Positions 1-8,979 of a stretch of DNA of 64,000 nt are shown here, piece by piece; position 1 is the first letter of the stretch, and each line of letters starts with the position of its first letter. The stretch is from Candidatus Hadarchaeota archaeon (GTDB lineage: Archaea > CAYQAE01 > CAYVLA01), in assembly GCA_964621445.1 (NCBI GenBank), contig CAZUNO010000014.1, positions 11,991 through 75,990 on the forward strand, given 5' to 3'. The position numbers and the translations under genes are program-made. The notes under the pieces were generated by a model that saw only the letters and a list, made by a program, of their open reading frames with translations, had not been told where the DNA came from and ran no database searches.

Positions 1-243
1 AATTTTATTCATTAGCTCAAGCTTTTTCTGGTGGCCGATTTCGGGGTCGGGAAAGGCCCACTTGGCAACCAGGGGCATGGCCCCCCATCCCTGGGATACC
101 TCTCCTTCCCTGTTCCTGACCCTGGCCTCCACGATCATGGATACCGAGTTCCTCACCACAACCTGCCCGAATTTCAGAGGAACCCGGAGCTTATCCATTC
201 TAAAAATTGGTTTCAGCTCCTGTACGCTAATGTCCGAGTCCAA
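1..243 (-). CDS. Enolase-superfamily (mandelate racemase/muconate lactonizing-like) protein, N-terminal part; runs off the window start
   Basis: Not in the ORF track. Manual translation from TTG 243 gives MDSDISVQELKPIFRMDKLRVPLKFGQVVVRNSVSMIVEARVRNREGEVSQGWGAMPLVAKWAFP..., with the 'PLKFG...V.V...G..GWG' pattern of the capping domain. Confidence 0.7.
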   Translation of the reverse strand, partial: MDSDISVQELKPIFRMDKLRVPLKFGQVVVRNSVSMIVEARVRNREGEVSQGWGAMPLVAKWAFPDPEIGHQKKLELMNKI

Positions 244-432
244 GCACAATTACATCACCATCGATCCTTTGATACAGTGTGTCTACCCTTAATTCCTGCC
301 ATCAGGTAAGTCACTTCGGTTTCCCGCATCGCAGTTCTCTTTCTTTTTCAATTCAAGGCATGCCTATTCGTATTTGCCCAGATAGGTTTTTTCGTGAAAA
401 GCTTTTTGGGGGGTTTTCCATTTTTACGTATT

Positions 433-1173
433 ATGGCTATTGAATGGTGGGAGAATTTCTTCTCAGGGTTTTGTTTGGAGGCCCAGCGGCAGGCGAGAAG
501 CCCGAAGCAGAACCAGGCAGAGGCGGAATTTATCGAGGACCTTCTCGATCTGGAGGAGAGTTCGAAGCTTCTTGACGTTCCATGTGGGAATGGAAGGCTT
601 TCCCTGGAGTTAGCTTCCCGTGGCCATAGGGTTACCGGGGTTGACATGACCAAGCACCTCCTTGAGGAGGCCAGTAGGATGTCGGCAGATAGGGGGCTTG
701 AAATCAAATGGGAGAATAGGGAAATGAGGGATCTTCCCTGGGATGATGAGTTCGATGGGGCTTTCTGCATGTGGGGGAGCTTTGGATATTTCGATGATGA
801 GGGTAACGCGGAATTCCTGAAGGCGGTCTCTGGGTGTATCAAGAAGGGGGCCAATTTTGTGCTGGATGTTCATGCCGCGGAGGGTCTTATGCCGAAGTTT
901 GAGCGTCGGGGTTGGCAGTGGATGGGAGATGTACTTTTGGTTGAGGATCGGAGTTACGATGTTAACACCGGTCGAGTGGAAGAGGAATGGTTGCTGATAA
1001 GGGACGGGGTCTTAGAGGAGAAGCACAGTTCAATCCGGGTCTATACCTACAGAGAGATCCGGCGCATGCTTGAGCGCGCTGGTTTCGAGGATATACAGGG
1101 GTACGGCTCTCTGGAAAAGGAGCCTTTCCAGCTAGGATCCAAAAGGCTTTACCTAGTGTCCCGGAAAGCCTAG
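433..1173 (+). CDS. Class I SAM-dependent methyltransferase
   Basis: Motif I LLDVPCGNGR, followed by VTGVD, EFDGAF and SFGYF. Likely start is ATG 433. Confidence 0.9.
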   Translation: MAIEWWENFFSGFCLEAQRQARSPKQNQAEAEFIEDLLDLEESSKLLDVPCGNGRLSLELASRGHRVTGVDMTKHLLEEASRMSADRGLEIKWENREMRDLPWDDEFDGAFCMWGSFGYFDDEGNAEFLKAVSGCIKKGANFVLDVHAAEGLMPKFERRGWQWMGDVLLVEDRSYDVNTGRVEEEWLLIRDGVLEEKHSSIRVYTYREIRRMLERAGFEDIQGYGSLEKEPFQLGSKRLYLVSRKA

Positions 1174-1421
1174 AAATCTGGAAAAAAGCACCGAATATCT
1201 TACCTTAATTTTTTCGACAAACAATAAGTCCACTCAGATTCAGGGTGAAGTCTCAGACTCTAAGTAACCGTGGTATGGATTACATCTCCAGGTGTGTAGG
1301 GTTGAGTCGTGGGGAGACCTTGGTGAAAGGAGAGGCTAAAATCATCTCAGGGTTGAAGCTTTGAATATCGAAACATATTGGTAAGGACAAGCTTTTATTT
1401 CTTGAAGCACTAATCTGGCCA

Positions 1422-2648
1422 ATGCGCCTGTTCCTGATCCTAGTTGCCATTTTCATTCTGGCCCCAGTTTCGGCGAACGAGCGTATCAATATGCTACTTA
1501 TAGGCCAGGTGGTTCCCGAGACCTGTCCCCTCCAAGGATGGTTCGACTCCGAGCCAGCTGTTACCTACACCATGGTGCCAACAAAAATCCATTACAGCAT
1601 GGACCATGAGGATGCCCGGCGATTCATCAAGATCTACTTCCCCCGGAACAGGGAACAGGCGTGGGATTACGACTTTTTCATGTTCATCAACCCGTATTTC
1701 GAGCCCTTCACATCGGTGCAGGTGAGCAATCTACGCTCCGCGGTCGTTGAGGGCGGGAGCGGTGCCTTCCAGACCTTGGGGGGAATCACCATCGACTGGA
1801 CTAACCTCAACACTCCTTGGCTGCAATCCACCTTGGCCGAGATCTTCCCCAACGATCCCTCGGCGGCCGGGACGTGGGCGGGCAGCAAGGAAGGCAACCT
1901 TCCCTACAAGGTCATCTTGGAGAAGGAAAAGAGCCTTCCGCCGGTGCTGAAGGCATTTCTGCCCGTGGGCATAGAGGAGGTGCCTGGTTACTGGACCATA
2001 GTTCTGATACTCCCCCAGGAAGGGGCAACGGTTTGGGCCAGGGCCGTGGGTGCGTATCCAGGGGTCACCGGCGCACCCCATCCATGGTTACTCTCCTGGA
2101 GGTATGGAGAGGGCATGACATGGTCAGTGGCCGATGACCTGGACTGTCCGTGGTGGTGGGGTGTCTACAAACCCTCAGAACAGGAGTACGGCCTCGACAT
2201 TTTGATGAATATTGCCTACCATTCCCTAGATAGACCACTCATTGACGAAGTAGTGCTAGTAAATTCCGTGAGAAGGAGCTTCCGTAGGTACCAGCAGAGG
2301 GACTCGGGGCTCACCTCGATCCTGGCGTTCGTTGAGAATTTCGGCGCCTCGACGGAGGGGATACTCGAGGCCAGGGAGAAGCTGGATCAGGATCTGGGGA
2401 ACGCCATGGACCTCTACCTCGATGGTCGATACCAGGAGGCCCTGGAGGCGTCACATGATGCTATAGACGGGCTCGTCTCGCTCGAGGAGGATTCCATCGA
2501 ACTCAAGAACGAGGCCCTGATGTGGGTCCACATCATAGAGTGGGCCACGGTAACGGGGACAGGCATGGTGGTTGGTGTCGCCGTTTACCTGCTGATGATC
2601 CAGAGGAGGCTCTTCCGGCAGGTGGGTCTAACGAGATATCACGATTGA
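1422..2648 (+). CDS. Secreted, C-terminally membrane-anchored protein with a class I glutamine amidotransferase-like (DUF1355-like) domain; paralog family copy 1
   Basis: Signal peptide, YFPR motif, a 'GG...W..STLAEIFP' segment, a helical stalk and the tail ALMWVHIIEW...MIQRRLFRQV shared with 17718-18863 and 19022-20275. Confidence 0.75.
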   Translation: MRLFLILVAIFILAPVSANERINMLLIGQVVPETCPLQGWFDSEPAVTYTMVPTKIHYSMDHEDARRFIKIYFPRNREQAWDYDFFMFINPYFEPFTSVQVSNLRSAVVEGGSGAFQTLGGITIDWTNLNTPWLQSTLAEIFPNDPSAAGTWAGSKEGNLPYKVILEKEKSLPPVLKAFLPVGIEEVPGYWTIVLILPQEGATVWARAVGAYPGVTGAPHPWLLSWRYGEGMTWSVADDLDCPWWWGVYKPSEQEYGLDILMNIAYHSLDRPLIDEVVLVNSVRRSFRRYQQRDSGLTSILAFVENFGASTEGILEAREKLDQDLGNAMDLYLDGRYQEALEASHDAIDGLVSLEEDSIELKNEALMWVHIIEWATVTGTGMVVGVAVYLLMIQRRLFRQVGLTRYHD

Positions 2649-2759
2649 AGCCGTTGTAGGTTCGGGGACTAGGTATCACCGAACTAGTCATTTCCTGGAG
2701 ACTCGGATTCTGGGATTGGAATATTTCAAGGTAACTAACTTCAAATTCCCATTGGTTTC

Positions 2760-2894
2760 CATGCGATCCATTCCGTAAATATGGAGGAGATGGAGAGATA
2801 AATCGCTACCGATAACGTCAGGAATTTCTCTCGGTATCCCGGTATCGAGGTATACAGCCTCATTAGACGATACCTGTCTCGAAATACACAGTGA
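2760..2894 (+). pseudogene. Probable remnant of a VapC/PIN-domain toxin C-terminus
   Basis: Reads HAIHSVNMEEMER*IATDNVRNFSRYPGIEVY, matching the PIN 'DAIH...IAT.N..F.R.PGI.V' end, with an internal stop. Confidence 0.45.
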
Positions 2895-2931
2895 TGTATG
2901 CCGTGTACCATTGATTCCAGTTCGGCATGAA

Positions 2932-3192
2932 CTAGTGTATCTCGTCCCTAAACTTGGTGGTTCTCACCGCTCTGTAGAGCCTTCGTCTGATTATCAGAGT
3001 CCACAGCACGAACTCAGAGATGAAGAGGGCCGAGGAAGAGACCAGCCATTCGATAACGTAAACCCACATCAGGGCCTTCCTCTTCTCCCTCCTGCCATGG
3101 ATTCCCCTGGCCTCCATCTTGAGCCATCTCCCTCTCTGTTCATTCTCGACCTTGACTTGGTCTTCAGAGAGAGGTCCTGAACTTGGGGTCAC
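2932..3192 (-). pseudogene. 3' remnant of the membrane-anchored paralog family (stalk end plus TM tail only)
   Basis: ALMWVYVIEWLVSS...LWTLIIRRRLYRAVRTTK matches the family tail. No upstream domain is present. Confidence 0.75.
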
Positions 3193-3534
3193 ATGATCGG
3201 ACCTGATTTGAAATAAAGGAAGTCACCTACAGGGAGAGCCTCCCGGCTGATTCCGATTAACGGGTCAAAAGTAAGGCTCAGAACGAACACGAGGAAAGCT
3301 AGTTATCAGGGGCTATTCCTGGAAGACCTATCTCAAAGCGGGCGGTGAGCTTAGTTTGGCGGACTGTACCGTCCCGGTCTGGTGCAGGAAGGCAAGGGCC
3401 AATCCCCTTACCTTTGATCAGAACATAGTTAGCAGGGCTGAAAATCCGGATAACCCCCGATAATGGCGTTGGAAATAGGGGGTATGTCATAGGACCTGGT
3501 TGTCACGGACCATTTGCAGCGATGTTAACTAAAA

Positions 3535-4559
3535 TCATTCCCCTTCCTTCAGGCCAAGCCTACGCATGGTTCTTTTCTCGTCCTTTATGAAATCTGAGGA
3601 AGAGAATTTCTCATATAGCTCCTTCAGTCGTGGCCTGCCATTTTGCTGCTCCGTGCTCCACTCCCGGGCGAAATCCCCGGAATCGATTTTGTCCATTTGC
3701 TTTCTCATGAACTTCCTGATACCACGGTAACCGAGATCGGATTTTCCCTCGAGTATCTCTTCAGTCCTTGACAGCTGTCCGTACTGGCTGGTCCTTGAGT
3801 GAAGGGGCATCTGGCCCATGACTCCTCTTTTCGCCATCAGGTCAAATATGTAGGACATTTCACGGGAAAGGTACTCCTCGGTCAGTATTATCTCGGGGGG
3901 TAGCCCCTCCTCCATCTCGATTTCATACTTGGCCATAAGGGCGTTTAGGAATATAGGCATCAGTCCCTGCTCGGTAAGCAGGTCGGTCTTGGTCTCCATG
4001 GCAAATGTGCCCTCCACGACCCCTGATCGGGTGGCACCTATGGCCTTGCTGAGGGCCAGGGCGACCTCCTTTGCCTCCCCCGAATGGTCCTGGGCCACGG
4101 CCAGGAGGGCGGGTGCACTCTCTCCATTTAGGTAAAGCTCCCCGACCATCTCGCCGATCATCCTGGGTGCAACCAGCGTTACGTCAACATATCCCGGCGG
4201 AGCTATGTAGTCGTAGGTTATGTTATATCCCGATGCGAAGTTGATAACGTCCCCTTCCTCAAGGTTTCCCTGGATATCCGCGGCATATACCTCGGGGGCC
4301 ACCTCGTCGGGGACTACCAGGAGTATTACATCGCTTTTCCTGACCGCCTTGGGTATGGAGTAGACCTCGAACCGTCCTCCTCCGCCCGTTTCCATGATTT
4401 GTCCCTTATATTTCCCACTATGAGGTTCTCCAGTCCGGAGTCCCTCATATTTAGACCCTGTGCCCTGCCCTGGTTTCCATAACCGATGATGGATACAGTT
4501 CTGCCCTCCAAATACCGGAGGTCCGCGTCATCGTCGTAGAAGATTCTAGCTTTGGTCAA
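3535..4559 (-). pseudogene. ilvC: Ketol-acid reductoisomerase, split by a 1-nt frameshift near 4370
   Basis: N-part has [29 protein letters not shown]-part has LVVPDE, FASGYNI, VAPRMIG, ETKTDLLTEQ and SRTSQYG. At the junction GAC GGT TCG AGG lacks one T relative to GGT TTC GAG. Confidence 0.85.
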
Positions 4560-5213
4560 GTTCCTCTCCTCCCCTTCCCTGGTAAAACGAGTCCCTGATT
4601 TGAATATCTTTACAAAGCTGGAGAGTTTTTCGTATCCCTATAGCTTGACCTCTCCGCTTCGAGAAATCCATGATAATCGGCGGAAATCCAAGAATTAGGA
4701 TAATAATGATGGGGCTAATCAAATTGGACTATTGCGGGAATTTCGTTATAGATGATTTGAAATTAAACCATTCACCCCTCTGGGATGTGGATTGGCCTTT
4801 GTCAGATATGCTCATTGGTGGAATCAAGATTCAACTCATTAATGACTAAGGGAAGATGATATCCCGGGATATCAGACCTCACTTCGAAGTCTCGTATTCG
4901 TGTTAATCAGATGGAGTAGCCTTTACTAATTCGCTACGGCTCCGTCATGGGGCTTGGATTCCTTGGCGGCCCGATAGATATCTTTCTGTAGTTGGTATAG
5001 GAGCTCACATCCCCATCTTTCTTCCATGAAAAAACGGAAGCAATTGCGTATTTATTAATTTATAAATTCCATATAGATAGAAAAGGGAATTATAAGAAAA
5101 ATATTATAAGAATATGTTATAATTAAAAATCCATATTCTTGGGGAAATCTGCTTTTTCAAAGAAATGAAAGATAAACACATATATCTATTCAAATAACAA
5201 TTACAATGCCGTC

Positions 5214-5501
5214 TTGGGGTTCGAGGGAAGGACTTTGGTTCTAACTAAAGAGTCAAGAGACTTGGAAGATAATGAGACAGAAATAGAAAGGTACATGTCT
5301 GATTTTATTTTGATAAGTGATAGGCTAGAAGAACTACGTAAAAAATATCCTGGGCAGTATATAACCGTAAAAGAAGGAAAAATAGTAGACTCTGATAAGG
5401 ACTTGGAAACTTTATTGCGTCGTCTTGAAGAAAAGGGAATAGACCCAAGTAAGACCGCGATAGATTATATTTCGGAAAAACCAGAATTGCTAATTGTGTA
5501 G
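5214..5501 (+). CDS. DUF5678-like small protein
   Basis: LEELRKKYPGQYITVKEGKIVDSDKDLETL is the typical DUF5678 signature. The region is AT-rich. Confidence 0.75.
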   Translation: MGFEGRTLVLTKESRDLEDNETEIERYMSDFILISDRLEELRKKYPGQYITVKEGKIVDSDKDLETLLRRLEEKGIDPSKTAIDYISEKPELLIV

Positions 5502-5526
5502 TATTGGCTCTTGTTTTGTGGTTTTT

Positions 5527-5955
5527 ATGCGAATAAGGACCTATTTCACAAAATGGGGTGCTTCTAAATTCTCTTTCGTGCCGGTTCATTTTGAGGTGGA
5601 GGCTCTGAAACTTCAGGGAAAGCTATCATTCCTAGTTGACACTGGTGCGTCTGCTACAAACATGAGTTCCATGGATGCAAAAAGGAATAGCATCAATTAT
5701 CAAAAATTCAATCGCACAGGCCAACCTAGGGGAGTTGGAAAAGGTGCAAAACTCTATCAAATACCTCATGGGATCGAGTTTACTTTCCAGACCGTCGCAA
5801 GAGGGACTTGGAAACTATCTATGAAAAGCTTTAATGTGCTAGAAAATCCGGCAAATTCTCCGCTGCCAAGTCTATTGGGTAATGACTTCCTTGATGAAAT
5901 TGGGTTCAAGCTCATTTATGACCGACCTATGTCAGCGGCATATTTTGAGGCTTAA
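5527..5955 (+). CDS. Retropepsin-like (clan AA) aspartyl protease
   Basis: Catalytic FLVDTGAS motif and C-terminal SLLGNDFL motif. Confidence 0.85.
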   Translation: MRIRTYFTKWGASKFSFVPVHFEVEALKLQGKLSFLVDTGASATNMSSMDAKRNSINYQKFNRTGQPRGVGKGAKLYQIPHGIEFTFQTVARGTWKLSMKSFNVLENPANSPLPSLLGNDFLDEIGFKLIYDRPMSAAYFEA

Positions 5956-6041
5956 AGATATTTCAAAGCTAATTGTGGAAGTTGGCTCAGAGATATCAAG
6001 TTTCAAGGTAGCAAAGGGCGATCAATTTTGATTCTGGGTTT

Positions 6042-6761
6042 CTAGGTTTTTGGTGAGTAGCTGAACTCGGAGAGTATCTCGGAGTTTTTGTGGAGGTGGT
6101 CGAGTATAGCTATATTTTGCCAGGGTCCGGAGAAGTGCAGTACGTTGGCAGGTATATGACCGGTCCATATAATTCCCCTCTTGGCGTACTCGATTTTGGT
6201 TGGGCCTTGGAGACATGATTCTAGGCAAGTGATAGCCGACTCGCATATCACCTCGCTGTCTATGCCGTAGGGACTCATCCCGGAAATAGTGGCCTGGACC
6301 GATCCCTTTCCACATCCAGGGCATAGGAAGGTGCAGGGAATACAGGGATCATGGGCGTTGCGGATGAATACGGAGACCGATTTTCTTGTAGGAAGTTGTT
6401 CGGAGTAGGGTTTTTCGCCCTCTTTGTGGATAAATGCCCAGTCAAGATCGTCTTTTCCCTGGCCTGACAGGTTGCCGTTGGGTTTGGGAACCCATTTCCT
6501 TGTTTTGCTGTGTCGGTAATACCGTGCCCTACGGTCGCCGGGAGACCGGGTTTCAGGGCTCTTGCTTTTAGATGGGGTGAGATGTTTTTTACCGGAATAT
6601 TTTGCCTCGAACTCTGCTGGAAATCCGAATCGTTTAGATATCTCGTGCGATATGCAATTAATATCTGTATTTTGGGCGGTGACCCCTTTGATTATGGAAC
6701 AGATCAGAGATACCCTTAACCTTTTGGATTTAAGCCCCGTGGGGCAGAGGTGGATGTTCAA
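6042..6761 (-). CDS. Hypothetical protein, basic and Cys-containing (CxxC pairs)
   Basis: 239-codon ORF whose TTG start overlaps the TGA of the upstream HTH gene. Contains CIPC and CPGCG. Confidence 0.5.
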   Translation of the reverse strand: MNIHLCPTGLKSKRLRVSLICSIIKGVTAQNTDINCISHEISKRFGFPAEFEAKYSGKKHLTPSKSKSPETRSPGDRRARYYRHSKTRKWVPKPNGNLSGQGKDDLDWAFIHKEGEKPYSEQLPTRKSVSVFIRNAHDPCIPCTFLCPGCGKGSVQATISGMSPYGIDSEVICESAITCLESCLQGPTKIEYAKRGIIWTGHIPANVLHFSGPWQNIAILDHLHKNSEILSEFSYSPKT

Positions 6762-7264
6762 GTGCCCACCTCTTCGAAGGTTTGGTCAGTTTCCGGCCAT
6801 GCCCTGGTGAAGATTATGCCAGCGAGTTTGGCGGGTGGGTAGTTTTTCTCCCTGCTGTTTATGGAAACTCCTAGTCTGTCCGCTTCCCTTAGCAGATGGG
6901 AACGGCAGGAGTCTTTTTCCGGGCACTGCTCGCACTGACCCTGGTGTGGCCTCCAGACCATTATGCCTCGGCTCGGTGAGAAGGTTATCAAAACCTTGGA
7001 TTGGAACTCCTGGCTATAGCCGATAAGGAATCCCTTCTCAGGGTCCATGGTCCTTATCATGACCCGGTTCATTTCGGCGGCCTCCACCATAGCCTTGTAT
7101 ATCTTGGAATCCACCGATTGCAGGCTCTTGCTGACATGTTGCCTAGATTTCGCAATCTCCCTGGATATATCGATGGGTTTTAATCCCTCGAGGCGGAGTT
7201 GCCAGATCTTCCTCTGACCGCGGGTTAGAAGTGTAGACAACGACGAATCCTGACGCCAAAACAC
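6758..7264 (-). CDS. HTH transcriptional regulator (LuxR/sigma region-4-like) with a C-terminal Cys cluster
   Basis: LTRGQRKIWQLRLEGLKPIDISREIAKSRQHVSKSL helix-turn-helix and CEQCPEKDSC. An alternative start is TTG 7240. Confidence 0.75.
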   Translation of the reverse strand: MFWRQDSSLSTLLTRGQRKIWQLRLEGLKPIDISREIAKSRQHVSKSLQSVDSKIYKAMVEAAEMNRVMIRTMDPEKGFLIGYSQEFQSKVLITFSPSRGIMVWRPHQGQCEQCPEKDSCRSHLLREADRLGVSINSREKNYPPAKLAGIIFTRAWPETDQTFEEVGT

Positions 7265-7275
7265 TAATAAGTATT

Positions 7276-7297
7276 TGTCAACAGACGACTGTTGACA
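7276..7297. promoter_or_regulatory. Perfect palindromic operator TGTCAACAG-N4-CTGTTGACA between divergent genes
   Basis: 9-bp arms that are exact reverse complements, immediately upstream of the HTH gene. Confidence 0.7.
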
Positions 7298-7386
7298 TTT
7301 CTGTGCCCGGTTTTTGGTGGAGCTTCCTGGGGATATGTAGGCCTTTCCGTCGATCTCTTCACTCCGGGGCCTGATGTTCGACCTAG

Positions 7387-8943
7387 GTGGTGTTCTCTTT
7401 GGAGCTGTGTTATCCCGATCCTAAGATTAGGCAGGAGCTTTACTGGAAGGAGCGAAGGGTGAATGACCCCGGGGATTTAGAGGGGTTTGAGTTTAGACCG
7501 GTATCTCTAGAGGTGGGTGGGAAGGAGATCTTTGAGCATGATTCAAATGGGTCCTGGTCCAAAGTAGGGTTGCTAGTTTCATGTAATCAGGATTCTCTTT
7601 GCATTCTCCCGGGATTGAGGACATTACCCCTTGGTTCACCAAAGGGGAGGGAATTGAAACCTGTAGGACGAACAAGATATGGTGTCGGGGACGGGGAGAT
7701 AGAGTTGGGGTTACTCCTAATGGATGGGGTGAGGCTATTGAGAGTGTGTGGACTCTTCTCCCCATTCATTGTAACCGCCAAACAGGCCTTGTCACCGAGC
7801 GAGAAGGACCTCCTACAGGAGGTAGGGGATCTCCGAATGGAAAGCCATGGAATATCTCTATGGCTTCCTTTTTCTAGGCCTGAGGTGAGGCTTCAAGCCC
7901 AGGAGTTCCCGGATACGGTTGCGGTGGTGACCCGGGAAGCAGGAAAGAGTGGGGAGGTAATCTCGAGTATAGGAGTTATGCCCTTCTACCACCAGCGGGT
8001 TGGGGAGCTCATGGAGAGATGTGGGCGTGCTCATCTACAGAAAACTGGGAGAATCAAGATCAGCGGTAGGAAGTTGCCAATTAGAGAGTTCTATAACAAA
8101 CCAACGGCCTGGCTAAACTTCTGCCAGTTAAATGATGCCAAATCCTGGGAGCTCTCCGTCTGCGAGAAGGTTTCAGCAAATACACTGGAACGGAGCAGAC
8201 TCCTCTCCTTCACCCTGGCGAGAGAGGTGGAAAGAGTCCCTAGAACCAGGGGGATCAAGAGGATCGGTCAAAACCAGGCAAGGTTGATTATGCTGGACCA
8301 GGGAGGGGCCACTGGGCAGGTTGTCAGGACTGAGCCAAAAAGATGGAAGCCAAGGGGAGCCGGGTCGATAATGGCCAACGAACTAAGGTACCTAACCGAG
8401 ATCACGACCAACAGGGGTACATATAAAATGCGGTCCGAGGCCGTTGCCGATTTCAGATCGGATAAGTGGAGACGGAAAGACCAATTTCGACTAAACCAGC
8501 TCCTCTTTGCGGGAGAAAGACCTGCCCTTGAAAAAGGAGAAATAGCCTTGTTTTGCTTCAATATAGGGCAACCAGAGGTCATCAGGACAACAACGGGAAC
8601 CCGTATGCAGGTGGTTGCTGAGCCGAGAACCCAGAGCATCGACGTGTATATAACCCACTTGGAACAAAAGAACGGAGATCTCTATGTGGACGGGTTCCGG
8701 TCAATAGGAAGCTTCACCGCCATACCTCTTGACCAGGTAAATCCTACATACCTCATAAGAGGAGGAACCCTACGATGGAGACCTCTAAAGATAACCCACC
8801 GGTTCCTAGAACAAAACTCCAAGTTCCCCGTGGTATTCAAGGATGAAAAACACACCATCAATGTGGCCATCACCAAGAAACCCTCCACCCACCTCATAGC
8901 ACCAAAATCAGCAAATGGTTGCTGGGAGAGAACCAAGATTTAA
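7387..8943 (+). CDS. Hypothetical protein (518 aa, no recognisable motif)
   Basis: Long uninterrupted ORF, divergent from the HTH gene. Confidence 0.6.
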   Translation: MVFSLELCYPDPKIRQELYWKERRVNDPGDLEGFEFRPVSLEVGGKEIFEHDSNGSWSKVGLLVSCNQDSLCILPGLRTLPLGSPKGRELKPVGRTRYGVGDGEIELGLLLMDGVRLLRVCGLFSPFIVTAKQALSPSEKDLLQEVGDLRMESHGISLWLPFSRPEVRLQAQEFPDTVAVVTREAGKSGEVISSIGVMPFYHQRVGELMERCGRAHLQKTGRIKISGRKLPIREFYNKPTAWLNFCQLNDAKSWELSVCEKVSANTLERSRLLSFTLAREVERVPRTRGIKRIGQNQARLIMLDQGGATGQVVRTEPKRWKPRGAGSIMANELRYLTEITTNRGTYKMRSEAVADFRSDKWRRKDQFRLNQLLFAGERPALEKGEIALFCFNIGQPEVIRTTTGTRMQVVAEPRTQSIDVYITHLEQKNGDLYVDGFRSIGSFTAIPLDQVNPTYLIRGGTLRWRPLKITHRFLEQNSKFPVVFKDEKHTINVAITKKPSTHLIAPKSANGCWERTKI

Positions 8944-8979
8944 GATTGCCCCGCCAAAATCGCCCGGCAGTGAAGGAGT

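Noticed and set aside
2660-2690. Interleaved GTTCGG/CCGAAC and GACTA/TAGTC pairings as a pseudoknot or attC-like site
   Set aside because: The loop geometry is impossible for an H-type pseudoknot, and I found no repeated copies at other gene ends.
7301-8970. Terminal inverted repeats around the 518-aa ORF
   Set aside because: Only patchy similarity (TTTTGG.GG), explained by the compositional skew. No target-site duplication or transposase motif.
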